Shown here one piece after another: positions 9,106 to 19,398 of a stretch of 64,000 nucleotides of DNA. The notes under the pieces were generated by a model, which did no database searches, was not told where the DNA came from, and was given only the letters and a program-made list of their open reading frames with translations. Numbering within the stretch: position 1 is the first letter of the stretch; every line of letters starts with the position of its first letter. The position numbers were made by a program, and so were the translations under genes. The stretch covers positions 10,701 to 74,700 of the forward strand of contig JASFYY010000008.1 in the NCBI GenBank assembly GCA_045046875.1. The letters run 5' to 3'. Source of the stretch: Verrucomicrobiota bacterium. GTDB lineage: Bacteria; Verrucomicrobiota; Verrucomicrobiia; Verrucomicrobiales; DEV007.

Positions 9106-10092
9106 ATGAAAACCGCTCTGTTTGAAAATTTTGGCAAACCCGATGAGAATGTCGGAATACACAACATCCCGACTCCAGAACCCGGCCCCGACCAGTTGCG
9201 ACTACGCATCCACTTCTCTCCCATCCACCCCTCCGATCTGAATCTCATCGAGGGGATCTACGGCATCCTGCCCGAGCTCCCCGCTTGCCCCGGTGGCGAA
9301 GCCTGTGCCACCATCGATGCCGTGGGCGAGAAGTTACAAACCCAGTTCACTGTCGGCACAACCGTCATTTTGCCGCAACGACCAGCCGCAGGCACCTGGA
9401 GCGAACACCTCCTGGTGCATCCTCGGGAAATCCACCCCGTACCATCAGGCATCAATCTCGAACAAGCCTCCATGTTGGCGCTCAACCCCGCCACTGCCTG
9501 GGGACTGCTCGAGCTCTTTACTCCCCTCTCACCAGGCGATTGGATCGTCTTTAATGCCGCCAACTCAGCGGTTGGTTATGCATTGATCCAACTGGCGCAA
9601 CAGCGCGGATTAAAAACGCTCGCTTTTGTCCGCCGTGAAGAAGCCATGGCCGAACTCCAGGAACTTGGAGCCGACCTTGTCCTGCTCGATCACGCCGACT
9701 CCCTCGCCCAGGCTCGCGAAGCCTTTGGCGACAAACCTCCCCATCTGGCCCTCAACGCCGTCGGCGGTGACAGTGCCTTGCGTTTGATGGATTTGCTCGC
9801 CAACGAAGGCGTCCATGTGACCTACGGAGCCATGAGCCGGCGCAGCTTGAAAGTGCCCAACAAATTCCTCATTTTCAAACGTATCACCCTCACCGGATTC
9901 TGGGTCACCCGCTGGTTGCAGTCAGCCTCGACCGAAGAAGTCTCCACCATGCTCAATGAATTGGCCGAGCTGATGAAAAACCATCAACTCCACATGCCGG
10001 TCGCAGAAGTTTTCCCCATCGACGAAGTGCAAGCCGCCCTGCTCGCCGCCCAAGGCGACCGCCGCCAAGGAAAAATTCTACTGAAATTCTAA
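9106..10092 (+). CDS. 2-enoyl thioester reductase-like MDR-family oxidoreductase (MECR/ETR-like)
   Basis: SPIHPSDLNLIEGIYG, NPATAW, NAANSAVG, LALNAVGG, VTYGAMS, GFWV. Start is MKTALF at 9106; the ORF-track start at 8815 overlaps the kinase gene. Confidence 0.88.
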   Translation: MKTALFENFGKPDENVGIHNIPTPEPGPDQLRLRIHFSPIHPSDLNLIEGIYGILPELPACPGGEACATIDAVGEKLQTQFTVGTTVILPQRPAAGTWSEHLLVHPREIHPVPSGINLEQASMLALNPATAWGLLELFTPLSPGDWIVFNAANSAVGYALIQLAQQRGLKTLAFVRREEAMAELQELGADLVLLDHADSLAQAREAFGDKPPHLALNAVGGDSALRLMDLLANEGVHVTYGAMSRRSLKVPNKFLIFKRITLTGFWVTRWLQSASTEEVSTMLNELAELMKNHQLHMPVAEVFPIDEVQAALLAAQGDRRQGKILLKF

Positions 10093-10097
10093 TTCTT

Positions 10098-10130
10098 ATC
10101 CGTGCCATCCGTAGAAATCCATGGTTAAAT
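10098..10130 (+). repeat. Dispersed intergenic repeat, copy C
   Basis: ATCCGTGCC-ATCCGTAGAA-ATCCATGGTTAAAT. Confidence 0.6.
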
Positions 10131-10153
10131 GAATTTCATCACCTAGCCCCTCC

Positions 10154-11521
10154 GTGCATCAAAATTCACCCAACGACACCAGCTACAGCGTCACCCAGAT
10201 CACTCGCGAAATTCGCGATCTTCTCGAGGGTCAACTAACCGGCGTCTGGATCGAAGGGGAGATCAGTAACTACCGCCACCATTCTTCCGGCCACCGCTAC
10301 TTCAACCTCAAGGATCAAAGCGCACAAATTTCCTGCGTATTTTTCCGCGGCCACGCCCGTGATCACCGGACAGCACTGGACAATGGTGATCAAGTACGGG
10401 CTTATGGAGACATCACGGTTTACGAAGCCCGCGGACAGTACCAACTAATGGTCAAGCTGCTGCAGCCCAAAGGCGCCGGAGAACTGCAAGCCCGTTTTGA
10501 AGCTTTGAAACAAAAGCTCAAAGACGAGGGACTGTTCGCCCAGGAGCTAAAAAAAGACATCCCCACTTTTCCCCAAACCATCGCCATCGTCACCTCCCCC
10601 ACTGGAGCCGCTATTCAAGATATGCTCAACATCCTCCAGCGCCGGGCTCCATGGGTAAGAGTATTGATTCATCCTGTAGCCGTGCAAGGCAAAGGCGCCG
10701 AGCATGGTATCGCTCAAGCCATCAACGAACTCTCCCATCCTGAAAACATAGGCCTGCCACCTATCGATACCATTGTGATCACTCGTGGTGGTGGCAGCAT
10801 AGAAGACTTGTGGAATTTCAACGAAGAGTGTGTCGCGCGAGCCATCACCGACTGTCCCATTCCAGTGGTTTCCGCAGTCGGTCATGAAATTGACTTCACC
10901 ATCGCGGACTTTGTCGCCGATTTGCGCGCCCCCACCCCGAGTGCCGCCGCCGAACTGATCGTCCCTGATTCAAGCGAGTTGAAACGCCACTCCCAAAGCC
11001 TCTTCAAATCCATCGAGAACCGTGTGCTCTCCCAATTGGATCAAAGTCGCGCCTTACTGCGTCTGACCCGCCAAACTCTGGAAGCCCGCGAGCCCGCACG
11101 GGTCTTACTGGGCCACGCCCAACATCTGGATCACCTTAACGAACGCTTAAGCCATGCAACCCAACGCCAGCTGAAAGAATGCCAGAACCGGCTGCACCAA
11201 AGTAGCCAAGGGTTGCAAGTTCGACAATTGGGACAAAAGCTAACCAGGGAAAACGAACATCTGACCTCGCTCAAGCAGCGTCTGAATACCTCCACTGCCC
11301 ACCACTTAGAAAACGCTCAGGCCTCCCTAACCCAACTGCAATCCGCCATCCGCCAACTCAGCCCGCAAAGCACTTTTGCCCGTGGTTTTTCCATGACTAC
11401 GACACCTGAAGGCGAAATCATCACCCGTCCAGAGCAGAGCCAAACCGGCGATACCATCGAAACCCGGATCGCCCACGGAAAAATCACATCCACCGTCAGC
11501 GGCACGCCGAGCACCCGTTGA
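10154..11521 (+). CDS. xseA: Exodeoxyribonuclease VII large subunit
   Basis: OB-fold VWIEGEISN..HSSGH, RGGGSIEDLWNFNEE, SAVGHEIDFTIADFVADLRAPTPSAAAE. Confidence 0.96.
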   Translation: MHQNSPNDTSYSVTQITREIRDLLEGQLTGVWIEGEISNYRHHSSGHRYFNLKDQSAQISCVFFRGHARDHRTALDNGDQVRAYGDITVYEARGQYQLMVKLLQPKGAGELQARFEALKQKLKDEGLFAQELKKDIPTFPQTIAIVTSPTGAAIQDMLNILQRRAPWVRVLIHPVAVQGKGAEHGIAQAINELSHPENIGLPPIDTIVITRGGGSIEDLWNFNEECVARAITDCPIPVVSAVGHEIDFTIADFVADLRAPTPSAAAELIVPDSSELKRHSQSLFKSIENRVLSQLDQSRALLRLTRQTLEAREPARVLLGHAQHLDHLNERLSHATQRQLKECQNRLHQSSQGLQVRQLGQKLTRENEHLTSLKQRLNTSTAHHLENAQASLTQLQSAIRQLSPQSTFARGFSMTTTPEGEIITRPEQSQTGDTIETRIAHGKITSTVSGTPSTR

Positions 11522-11711
11522 GTCGAGCGACCCCTGCTCCCCCCAAGTTGAAACCTAAATGACAATTAGCCCTTACGCTGAACACGAAAACCCGCTGCCA
11601 ATAGACGGGTCTGCTCACCCTAACACTGGTGATCAGAATAATAAATAAATCGCAGTAGTTTGAGGAGCGTGACGAACAAGCAATTCTGGAGTCACGCTGC
11701 CAAAATGCACA

Positions 11712-12122
11712 GTGTCATACACTCTTTATTATGAACATGTGGATTCCGTTAATCCCTATAATGGAAAACGCACAAAAACCACTACGAATAAAACATTGAG
11801 AGACCGGGTCATATTAAATCCAATTGGAAACTCCAGGAGCTCAACTTTCGAAACCCGTAAAATTCAGCATGGCAAAACGAGATCCCAGAGGCATATCATT
11901 TTAGATGTCGTGATAGCCGGCGAAAGGAGAACACAAGCAGCTTACGATAAACTTGAGACAGACATCAATTTGGTTGGGATAACGGTAAGAGTGGAATTGG
12001 GTATCCAAAGTTTTGTCTACAAGGGGACAAAAGGCCGGCTTACTGGCACTTTTGAAGAAACACAAACTGGTTTCACCCTCAAATCAGGCTCTGTCATGAA
12101 CGCGCTTAGCATACGAATGTGA
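11712..12122 (+). CDS. Hypothetical protein in an AT-rich islet (possibly a fragment)
   Basis: 136-aa ORF with GTG start; no recognisable motif. Confidence 0.4.
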   Translation: MSYTLYYEHVDSVNPYNGKRTKTTTNKTLRDRVILNPIGNSRSSTFETRKIQHGKTRSQRHIILDVVIAGERRTQAAYDKLETDINLVGITVRVELGIQSFVYKGTKGRLTGTFEETQTGFTLKSGSVMNALSIRM

Positions 12123-12247
12123 AAGGCTATAGCAGAAAAGGGTTCAGCTGAAATCAGTAGAATTAGCGCTCTTATAGAAAGCTATAAGCGAAAAGGAAAA
12201 GCAATAAAATAAAAAAGCTGAGAGAAGCCTGTAATGGATAAAAGCAA

Positions 12248-12538
12248 ATGGCTGGCAGGAGTGAAAAAAATCTAGCAGGAAAGACAGTGAACTCTGTGAT
12301 GCTAAAAATCGAAGCTGGTGACCTCCCTTACCCTAGGCGAAGTAGGCTCCATATTAAATTATTAGATAAAAAGTTTCCTGATTTAAAAGTAAATTTCAAT
12401 GCTACGGGAAACCCCTTGTTTGATACCGCTAACTTCGGAGGCAGGAGCATTGTAATAGGCACGGTTAAAAATAGTGATGGAAATGGTGACTTAATCAAGG
12501 GCAGTGGTGCGGTATGGGATAATCTCGAAAAAAACTGA
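12248..12538 (+). CDS. Hypothetical protein (possibly a fragment)
   Basis: 96-aa ORF, AT-rich; no recognisable motif. Confidence 0.35.
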   Translation: MAGRSEKNLAGKTVNSVMLKIEAGDLPYPRRSRLHIKLLDKKFPDLKVNFNATGNPLFDTANFGGRSIVIGTVKNSDGNGDLIKGSGAVWDNLEKN

Positions 12539-12600
12539 ACTTATCTCCGGCGGAAACCTCAAAATTAGTGTTAAGACAGCAGTTCTATCATGACCGGGGG

Positions 12601-12641
12601 AAAAATAAAAAACTCCGACAAGGTCGAACCTTGCCGGAGTT
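12601..12641 (-). terminator. Rho-independent terminator of the pilin-like gene
   Basis: Minus strand AACTCCGGCAAGGT-TCG-ACCTTGTCGGAGTT-TTTTATTTTT. Confidence 0.8.
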
Positions 12642-12662
12642 GATTAAGGGTGTTTTTACGTC

Positions 12663-13358
12663 TTATGGGAGCAATATTCTACCGGGATCAACCGCCAGTA
12701 AACCACCGCTAGCACCACCACCACCACTACCACTACTACGCTTCTGGAAGATATCCTGAATCCGCCCATCAGCACTTCTCACCGTGGCACCGGCCTCTTT
12801 CTGCGACAGATTTTCTGCATTTGCATGGCCTCCCACATAACCCACAACAGCTTTCCCTTCCGAAAGCCATGGGTGGAATTCCCCATAAGTACCCGGCCCT
12901 GTCATTTCATCAGCAATCAAAGGTGACCGACTGAAAGTAGTATCAGTCTGACCTGACACATAGACAAAGGAGTTTTCCTGCTGGTTAAGAATGCCATCCT
13001 CTACAGGAGGTTGCAACTTATCTGGATTTTGAGAAGGAGTCCAAAATATGGATTCCGTATCAATATAATCGGGAATTAATACATTAAACGCCTCAGTGGA
13101 GGTCGAGAAATTAGAATTACTTGAACCACCCCCAGTAGCATTAGGATCAAATGAGGGATAAGATCCATTCCAATCCGAAGCAAACGTTCGGCAGGCCAAA
13201 ATGATCTGCTTAACATTACTAATATCTTTAGTGATCTTTGCACGTATTTGAATCCCTTTAAAAGCAGGCATAGCCATACTCGCCAGGAGCGCAATAATGG
13301 TGATCACCACCAATAGTTCGATCAGGGTAAAGCCCTGATTCTTTCTTTTTACTTTCAT
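12663..13358 (-). CDS. Prepilin-type N-terminal cleavage/methylation domain protein (T2SS pseudopilin/type IV pilin-like)
   Basis: KRKNQG|FTLIELLVVITIIALLASMAMP, a class III signal peptide with Glu5. Confidence 0.9.
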   Translation of the reverse strand: MKVKRKNQGFTLIELLVVITIIALLASMAMPAFKGIQIRAKITKDISNVKQIILACRTFASDWNGSYPSFDPNATGGGSSNSNFSTSTEAFNVLIPDYIDTESIFWTPSQNPDKLQPPVEDGILNQQENSFVYVSGQTDTTFSRSPLIADEMTGPGTYGEFHPWLSEGKAVVGYVGGHANAENLSQKEAGATVRSADGRIQDIFQKRSSGSGGGGASGGLLAVDPGRILLP

Positions 13359-13471
13359 TGTTTTCTTAGTTTTAGTTTGTTTTATTAACGCAGTATTATG
13401 TTTATTATGTGGCCTTTCGGCCTATGACTGCAGGTTGAAAACGTCACCTTTCCTACTCACTCAAGCAGTTC

Positions 13472-13501
13472 AATGTAACGACTTCGTGTTTACTTTGTCA
13501 A
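13472..13501 (-). promoter_or_regulatory. Putative sigma70 promoter for the pilin-like gene
   Basis: Minus strand TTGACA-N18-TACATT. Confidence 0.45.
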
Positions 13502-13538
13502 AAACGACTGGGCAAGGCAAGAAAATAGCAAAAAAATA

Positions 13539-15782
13539 CTATTTTTTTCTGAAATAAACCACCGCCAAAGGGGGCAATTCAATTAACAGTGAGTGATTTC
13601 TCCCATGACAGGCAATGGCCTCACTGGCCACCCCGCCTCCACTGCCCAGATTGCTGCCACCGTAGCGCTCAGCATCCGTATTGAGAATCTCCTCATAAAA
13701 CCCGCCTTCTCCCGGCACGCCCACCCGGAAATCCGGTCGCGGCACTGGGGTGGCATTCACCACCACCAGCACTTCTGCCCCGTCACCACTGCGACGCACA
13801 AAGCTGAAACCGCTGTTCTCGCTGTCCTCGTGATCGATCCATTCAAAACCACTCGAATCATGATCTTTTTCATGCAAAGGCCGCTCATCTTTATAGAGCT
13901 GGTTCAAATCCGCCACCAGATTTCTCACCCCGGCGTGTTCGCTGTGCTCCAGCAAATGCCAGTCCAGACTCTGATTGTAGTTCCACTCTGTCGGCGGAGC
14001 GATTTCAGCTCCTTGAAATAACAATTTCTTGCCTGGGTGCGCATACATCCAGGCATAAAACAAACGCAGATTGGCAAACTGCTGCCAACGATCACCTGGC
14101 ATTTTTTCCAGCAGGGATTTTTTTCCATGCACCACTTCGTCATGACTCAGCACTAGGAAAAAATTCTCATCATAAGCGTAAATCATCGAAAAAGTCGCCT
14201 CACCGTGATGGTGTTTGCGGTGCACCGGTTCACGTTCCATGTACTGCAGATAGTCGTGCATCCAGCCCATGTTCCATTTAAAACCAAAACCCAATCCGCC
14301 CTGATCCACCGGACGCGAAACTCCAGGAAAAGCAGTCGACTCTTCGGCAATCGTCATGATGCCTGGAAAGCCTTCGTAACACGCCCCGTTCAATTCTTTC
14401 AAAAACTCGATGGCTTCCAGGTTCTCGCGGCCTCCATGTTCATTCGGCAGCCACTGCCCCTCTTCACGTGAATAATCGAGATACAACATCGACGCCACCG
14501 CATCAACCCGCAGACCATCGATGTGGTATTGATCGAGCCAGAACAAAGCGTTCGAGATCAAAAAGTTACGCACCTCGTCCCGACCGAAATTAAAAATCAA
14601 AGTGCCCCAGTCCATATGCTCCCCCTGTCGAGGGTCATCGTGCTCATACAAGGCCGTGCCGTCAAAACGCGCCAAACCATGAGAGTCTTTAGGGAAATGT
14701 GCCGGCACCCAGTCGAGAATCACCCCAATGCCCCGCTGATGGCAACGATCGACAAAATACCGAAAATCATCCGGTGACCCAAAACGGCTGGTCGGAGCAA
14801 AAAAACCGCAAATCTGATAACCCCACGAACCGTCAAAAGGAAACTCCGCCACCGGCATCAACTCGATATGGGTGAACCCCAGCGCCACCACATGCTCCAC
14901 CAAACGATCCGCCAACTCACGATAAGTCAAAAAACGATCCCCCTCTTCCGGCACCCGCGCCCATGAACCCAAATGCACCTCGTACACACTGACCGGTGCG
15001 CTGTAAAGATCTCCCTTGGCTCGATCCTCCATCCATTGACCATCTTCCCAATCATACGAGTTCAAATCACAAGTGATCGACGCCGTTTCCGGGCCGTGTT
15101 GAGAGAAAAAAGCAAAAGGGTCGCTCTTGTTGAATAAAGACCCGTCTGCTCCCACCAACTCAAATTTATAATGTGCTCCCAAGCCCACTCCCGGCACAAA
15201 CAATTCCCAAACCCCTGCCCCGATGAGCTTGCGCATCACATGCACCCGCCCGTCCCATCCATTAAAATCCCCCACCACACTGACCCGCCTCGCATTAGGC
15301 GCCCAGACCACAAAAGCCATGCCTTCGACTCCGTCTATTTCACGCCGATGAGCGCCAAAAATATTGTAGAGCTGACGGTGTTTGCCCTCACCCAGATAAT
15401 GCAAATCCTGCTCCCCCAATAAACTCCCGAAAGCATAAGGATCTCCCACCGCCTCTTCTTCATGTCCCTCCAAGGTTTTCCACTTCAATTGATACAAAAA
15501 CCGCTGTTTTTCACCGGTAAGCACCAATTCGAAAAATCCTGCCGGATGCACCCGAGCCATTTCATATTCCTTCGATTCCTGTGCGGAGTCACCGCTACGC
15601 TGCACCGTCATCTGCTGCGCCCCCGGCCGCCACACCCGAATCACCAATCCATCGGCAAACTCGTGCATACCAAGCACCGCAAAGGGATCCGAATGATCCG
15701 CACAAACAAATCGCTCGATATCCTCAAGTTGAGTCGCTTTAGCTTTCACCTTTTTGTTATTGTCAGCTTTCGCTTTTTTCAT
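13539..15782 (-). CDS. glgB: 1,4-alpha-glucan branching enzyme
   Basis: [76 protein letters not shown]. Confidence 0.97.
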   Translation of the reverse strand: MKKAKADNNKKVKAKATQLEDIERFVCADHSDPFAVLGMHEFADGLVIRVWRPGAQQMTVQRSGDSAQESKEYEMARVHPAGFFELVLTGEKQRFLYQLKWKTLEGHEEEAVGDPYAFGSLLGEQDLHYLGEGKHRQLYNIFGAHRREIDGVEGMAFVVWAPNARRVSVVGDFNGWDGRVHVMRKLIGAGVWELFVPGVGLGAHYKFELVGADGSLFNKSDPFAFFSQHGPETASITCDLNSYDWEDGQWMEDRAKGDLYSAPVSVYEVHLGSWARVPEEGDRFLTYRELADRLVEHVVALGFTHIELMPVAEFPFDGSWGYQICGFFAPTSRFGSPDDFRYFVDRCHQRGIGVILDWVPAHFPKDSHGLARFDGTALYEHDDPRQGEHMDWGTLIFNFGRDEVRNFLISNALFWLDQYHIDGLRVDAVASMLYLDYSREEGQWLPNEHGGRENLEAIEFLKELNGACYEGFPGIMTIAEESTAFPGVSRPVDQGGLGFGFKWNMGWMHDYLQYMEREPVHRKHHHGEATFSMIYAYDENFFLVLSHDEVVHGKKSLLEKMPGDRWQQFANLRLFYAWMYAHPGKKLLFQGAEIAPPTEWNYNQSLDWHLLEHSEHAGVRNLVADLNQLYKDERPLHEKDHDSSGFEWIDHEDSENSGFSFVRRSGDGAEVLVVVNATPVPRPDFRVGVPGEGGFYEEILNTDAERYGGSNLGSGGGVASEAIACHGRNHSLLIELPPLAVVYFRKK

Positions 15783-15949
15783 ATCGCTTCAATCAGAGTC
15801 GAAAAATTACAGATGAACAAAACGAAGCTCTGTCATCGGATGTTTCACCAAAGCTCAATCTACGCTCTCCCGCTACGTCTTTCTTGCTCTTATCCAAAAA
15901 CCGGAATTATGTTGTCATAACCCTCACCAGCTCTCATAATGACTTCATC

Positions 15950-17059
15950 ATGAAGAACAAAGGCCTTCAAACCACCATCCTTTTATGCTTCATCCTGATC
16001 GGTGCGCTGCCCGGCCTACTTCGCCCTCTTAGCGCCGCCGACATCTCATCTCCAAGCAAAACCACCAGCGCCAGCAAGCCCCAAGCCAAGGGCATGATCC
16101 AGGTCGACCTGCCATTGGGACACGCCGATCTCACCCAAATCAAAGCCCTGTTGCCCGATTTGCTCTCCAAACAAGCCCGTCACGTTATCCTCGCCAGTCA
16201 ACGCATCGTGCGAATCACTGACTACCCCGACAACATCGAAGCCCTGCGAGGTTTTCTCAAAGCCATGGATGTCGCCCCCCGCAATGTCCGCATCGAGGTC
16301 ACCCAACGATCCACCAATCAGATGAATACCACAGGTGGCCGGATCAATGGCCAAGTCCTCACTCCGCTAGGCAAGCGGGTGTTCGTCAACGGTCAAGCCC
16401 GCAACACCCCGGGAGTGATTCGCCAGGTCACCTCACCCGGAGGCAATTCACGACTCCCCGTTCGCACCAATTCCGGCCGCATCATCCTGCCCAACAACGG
16501 CAGCTTCGACGTGAACCTCATCAATCAAAAAAAATCCACTGACAGCCTCAACCGTATGTTCACCTTGGTCAAAAGTGGCGGAGAGGGCGTTCTCGAAGTG
16601 GTCAGGGAAATCCCCATGATCGACTACTTCACCCGTTATAAAGTCGGCAATGTCGGTTTTAATGTTCGTGGACCCGGCACCATCAACCAGAACTTCATCG
16701 CTGGAGGAACCTTCGAAGTGCCCGAATTCCGTTGGGAAAAAGCCGGCGCCCAACTGCTGGTCCGCCCCACCGTTCAAGGCAACCTCATCACCATCGAAGT
16801 CATCCCGCGCATCTCCGCAGTGGTTATCGCCAATCCGCAAAAACTCAACGAACGCCGCCTCAACGACTTCCTCACCGGCGAAGACCAATACGTCACCTAC
16901 ACTGGACTGAAAACCACCGTAACCGTGCAAAGCGGCCAGACCATCACCATCGGCAGTTTTCCCGCCGCCACTTCAGAATTCAATTCCTACTTCTGGGGTG
17001 GCACCCGCAGCAGCGCCGCCGGAGGCGGCTCGATCACTCTGAAAGCAACCGTTCAGTAA
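15950..17059 (+). CDS. Short secretin/NolW-like (type II/III secretion system-related) exported protein
   Basis: Signal peptide, N-domain-like IVRITDYPDNIEALRGFLKAMDVAPRNVRIEV, and secretin-like GAQLLVRPTV..ITIEVIP..TTVTVQSGQTITIG. Confidence 0.65.
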   Translation: MKNKGLQTTILLCFILIGALPGLLRPLSAADISSPSKTTSASKPQAKGMIQVDLPLGHADLTQIKALLPDLLSKQARHVILASQRIVRITDYPDNIEALRGFLKAMDVAPRNVRIEVTQRSTNQMNTTGGRINGQVLTPLGKRVFVNGQARNTPGVIRQVTSPGGNSRLPVRTNSGRIILPNNGSFDVNLINQKKSTDSLNRMFTLVKSGGEGVLEVVREIPMIDYFTRYKVGNVGFNVRGPGTINQNFIAGGTFEVPEFRWEKAGAQLLVRPTVQGNLITIEVIPRISAVVIANPQKLNERRLNDFLTGEDQYVTYTGLKTTVTVQSGQTITIGSFPAATSEFNSYFWGGTRSSAAGGGSITLKATVQ

Positions 17060-17186
17060 CTGGAGCCGCATTGCAACTCGACACCTCGCAGTTTATCCAA
17101 CCTAAAATGGAATCCCTCCTCCCCTCTACTTGCTTATCCGCCCTATAAAGCTAAGCAAACTATTTCCCACGCTTCTTTCATGTCTC

Positions 17187-18248
17187 CTAGCGCCCTTCGT
17201 GGATTACATTCATTTTCAAATCTCGCAACACCCGCAAATCCCCCCACTGCGCCCCGCGCATCTTCCGCCCCCCATCCTTGCGCCGTGTACCAAAGCACTC
17301 CCTCTTGCTCTCAAAAAAATCATCCACATATCTCTGGCTCCCCAGCACCGCCCCATCGGTGAAATACCTCACCCGACAGCGCAAAGCCTCCGCCACTGGC
17401 AATCGCCCGCCTGATTCCAGCACCTCCTTTATCTCCGTCCTGCTGAAACCTCCCTTACCTTTGTTGTAACCATCCACCGTCGCATCCGCTTTCACCTGCT
17501 CCCCTTTCGCATAAAGCAAACTTCGATACTCCTGCGCCACCTTCTTCCACGCCACCCGACTGCGCCCCGTCACCGCATAACACAGGCCCTGACGTGCGCC
17601 TCGCACCCCAGCCACCGCTGCCGCATACGAACACCAGCGATAACCCTCCGGCTCCTGTGCCAAGCCCGCCCGAATCGGATTCAGATCAATATAAGCCGCC
17701 ACCATCCGCAACGCATCACTGCTCTCCCCACTCTCACCATCTACCCCCTGTAAAAGAACACTCTTAAACGGCCCCTCCCACAAAGTCCCCACCCGGCCGT
17801 GTTTTTTATTGTAAGCCAATGTCATTTTCAGCTTCAGCTCCTTCATAAACATCGAAAGATCAAACAACCGAGCTTTCACTGATCCCGCAATCTCCTTCAC
17901 CTTTTCCGTCGCCCCATTCTCCCTAAACATCTCCACCTCATCCAACACCAACTTACTCGACCGCTCATCCTTAAACACCTCCAAACGCTTGATATAATCC
18001 TCATCCATCCACCCCTCCGTCGCCAGCTCCCTGTCCGGCACCTCCAACAATAAATGAAAATGATTCCCCATAAAACACCACGCCAGCGCCCGCAGCCCAC
18101 TGAACTTCAACTGCTTGAGCATCAAAATCCGAAAAGTTTCCTTCTCATCATCCTCAAACAAAATATCCCGCCCCGTCGTCCGACTCACCACATGATAATA
18201 ATTCGTCTGCCCCTCCGCCCCCAATAAAAATTCCCGTATTTTCCTCAT
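17187..18248 (-). mobile_element. HUH Y1 transposase (IS200/RAYT-like, long form)
   Basis: YYHVVSR, CFMGNHFHLLL (HUH), GTLWEGPFKS, YIDLNPIRAGL...YRWCSY. Start placed at MRKIREF; ORF is open to 18344. Confidence 0.9.
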
Positions 18249-18353
18249 AATGCATCCCTTTCCTAAGCTCTTCGATTTCCCCGAACAATTTCCTCCCTCC
18301 CATAATACAACACCCCCCCACCACACACAAGAACTTTTTCGCATGGGTATCCT

Positions 18354-18393
18354 CCCCTAAAATATCCCTTCCCCTAAAATATCCCCTAAAATA
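18354..18393. repeat. Three copies of CCCCTAAAATA(T) upstream of the transposase
   Basis: Copies at 18354-18365, 18371-18382 and 18383-18393. Confidence 0.75.
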
Positions 18394-18564
18394 CGCCCGA
18401 TGATGAAGATCCAGTAGGGGATGGGATTGTTCGAAGCAGGTTTAACAACCTCTGCCTTGGCGGGTTTTTCTTCAGGAGATAGGGGGTTTCTCGGCAAAGG
18501 TTGGTTCTGGGGTTAACTTAATTATCCCAGACATAACTTCTGGTGAAAGATCAAATGGCGCATC

Positions 18565-19086
18565 TTACATTTCACCTCTTCCACGCTTATTTATCCTTTG
18601 AATCGCCAACTTCACTAATATGGGTATTCCCTGACTGTTATGATTATTAAAAGATTCAAGAAGTTGGATATCTGCTTGAGTTCCATGATTCCCGAGATAA
18701 TCGATACTCCTAATTAATACTGACGGATTTAGATTATCTAATTCTTGAGAAAGCGCCATTTTTTTTACAGCAGACAAAATTTTGCCATTGACTAAATTTC
18801 CTTGGTCTAAAAAAAGAATAATATCTGTTTTACGACGGGAACTTGGGTTGGAAGCCATTTCGCTCAAAAGAACATCAACACCTTGATTCCCATACTCAAT
18901 GAGCTCCGATCTAACTTTTTTAATCTTTACTGTATAACTCGCCACATCATCAGGTGCTGCGTCATTTCTAGAGGATTTTAGATCAATATATCTATCAAAC
19001 TTAGAAAGAATCACTTCGCTGTCAGATGCAACGACTATCTGAAACCAACTTAAAAAAAATATTAAAAGCAAATTGGGGGGTTTCAT
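18565..19086 (-). CDS. Hypothetical exported protein, AT-rich, helical (HEAT-like)
   Basis: Signal peptide MKPPNLLLIFFLSWFQIVVA; markedly more AT-rich than the flanks. Confidence 0.6.
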   Translation of the reverse strand: MKPPNLLLIFFLSWFQIVVASDSEVILSKFDRYIDLKSSRNDAAPDDVASYTVKIKKVRSELIEYGNQGVDVLLSEMASNPSSRRKTDIILFLDQGNLVNGKILSAVKKMALSQELDNLNPSVLIRSIDYLGNHGTQADIQLLESFNNHNSQGIPILVKLAIQRINKRGRGEM

Positions 19087-19315
19087 TTAACCGTTACAGA
19101 ATATTTAGATTTTAGTGCCTGATTTTCAATCCCCCCATTAGAAATCCGTTTGACGTCCATCCATTCGTCTCATCCCCGGTTTGCATCCAGTTTCGGCTGT
19201 AATATCTCCACAGGCAGGAGTTACTGTGTTTCTGAGGTAACAGTTCAAAAGTAGATGGAACTCTTATAAAAAACACACGCTCTTTCAAATGCGCCCTCTG
19301 GATGCAATCCCCCCC

Positions 19316-19350
19316 CCTATGTTGCACTACTGATCGTAGTGCAACATAGG
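19316..19350. repeat. Perfect 15-bp inverted repeat
   Basis: CCTATGTTGCACTAC-TGATC-GTAGTGCAACATAGG, ~50 nt beyond the nrdA stop, with no U-tract. Confidence 0.75.
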
Positions 19351-19398
19351 ATCTTAAATAGGATTAGCAGGAGGCATCCCCCGCTCCTCACTCCCAGC

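Noticed and set aside
18354..18393. Short repeats as a CRISPR array
   Set aside because: Units are 12 bp with no spacers, and there are no cas genes; no CRISPR array seen anywhere in the window
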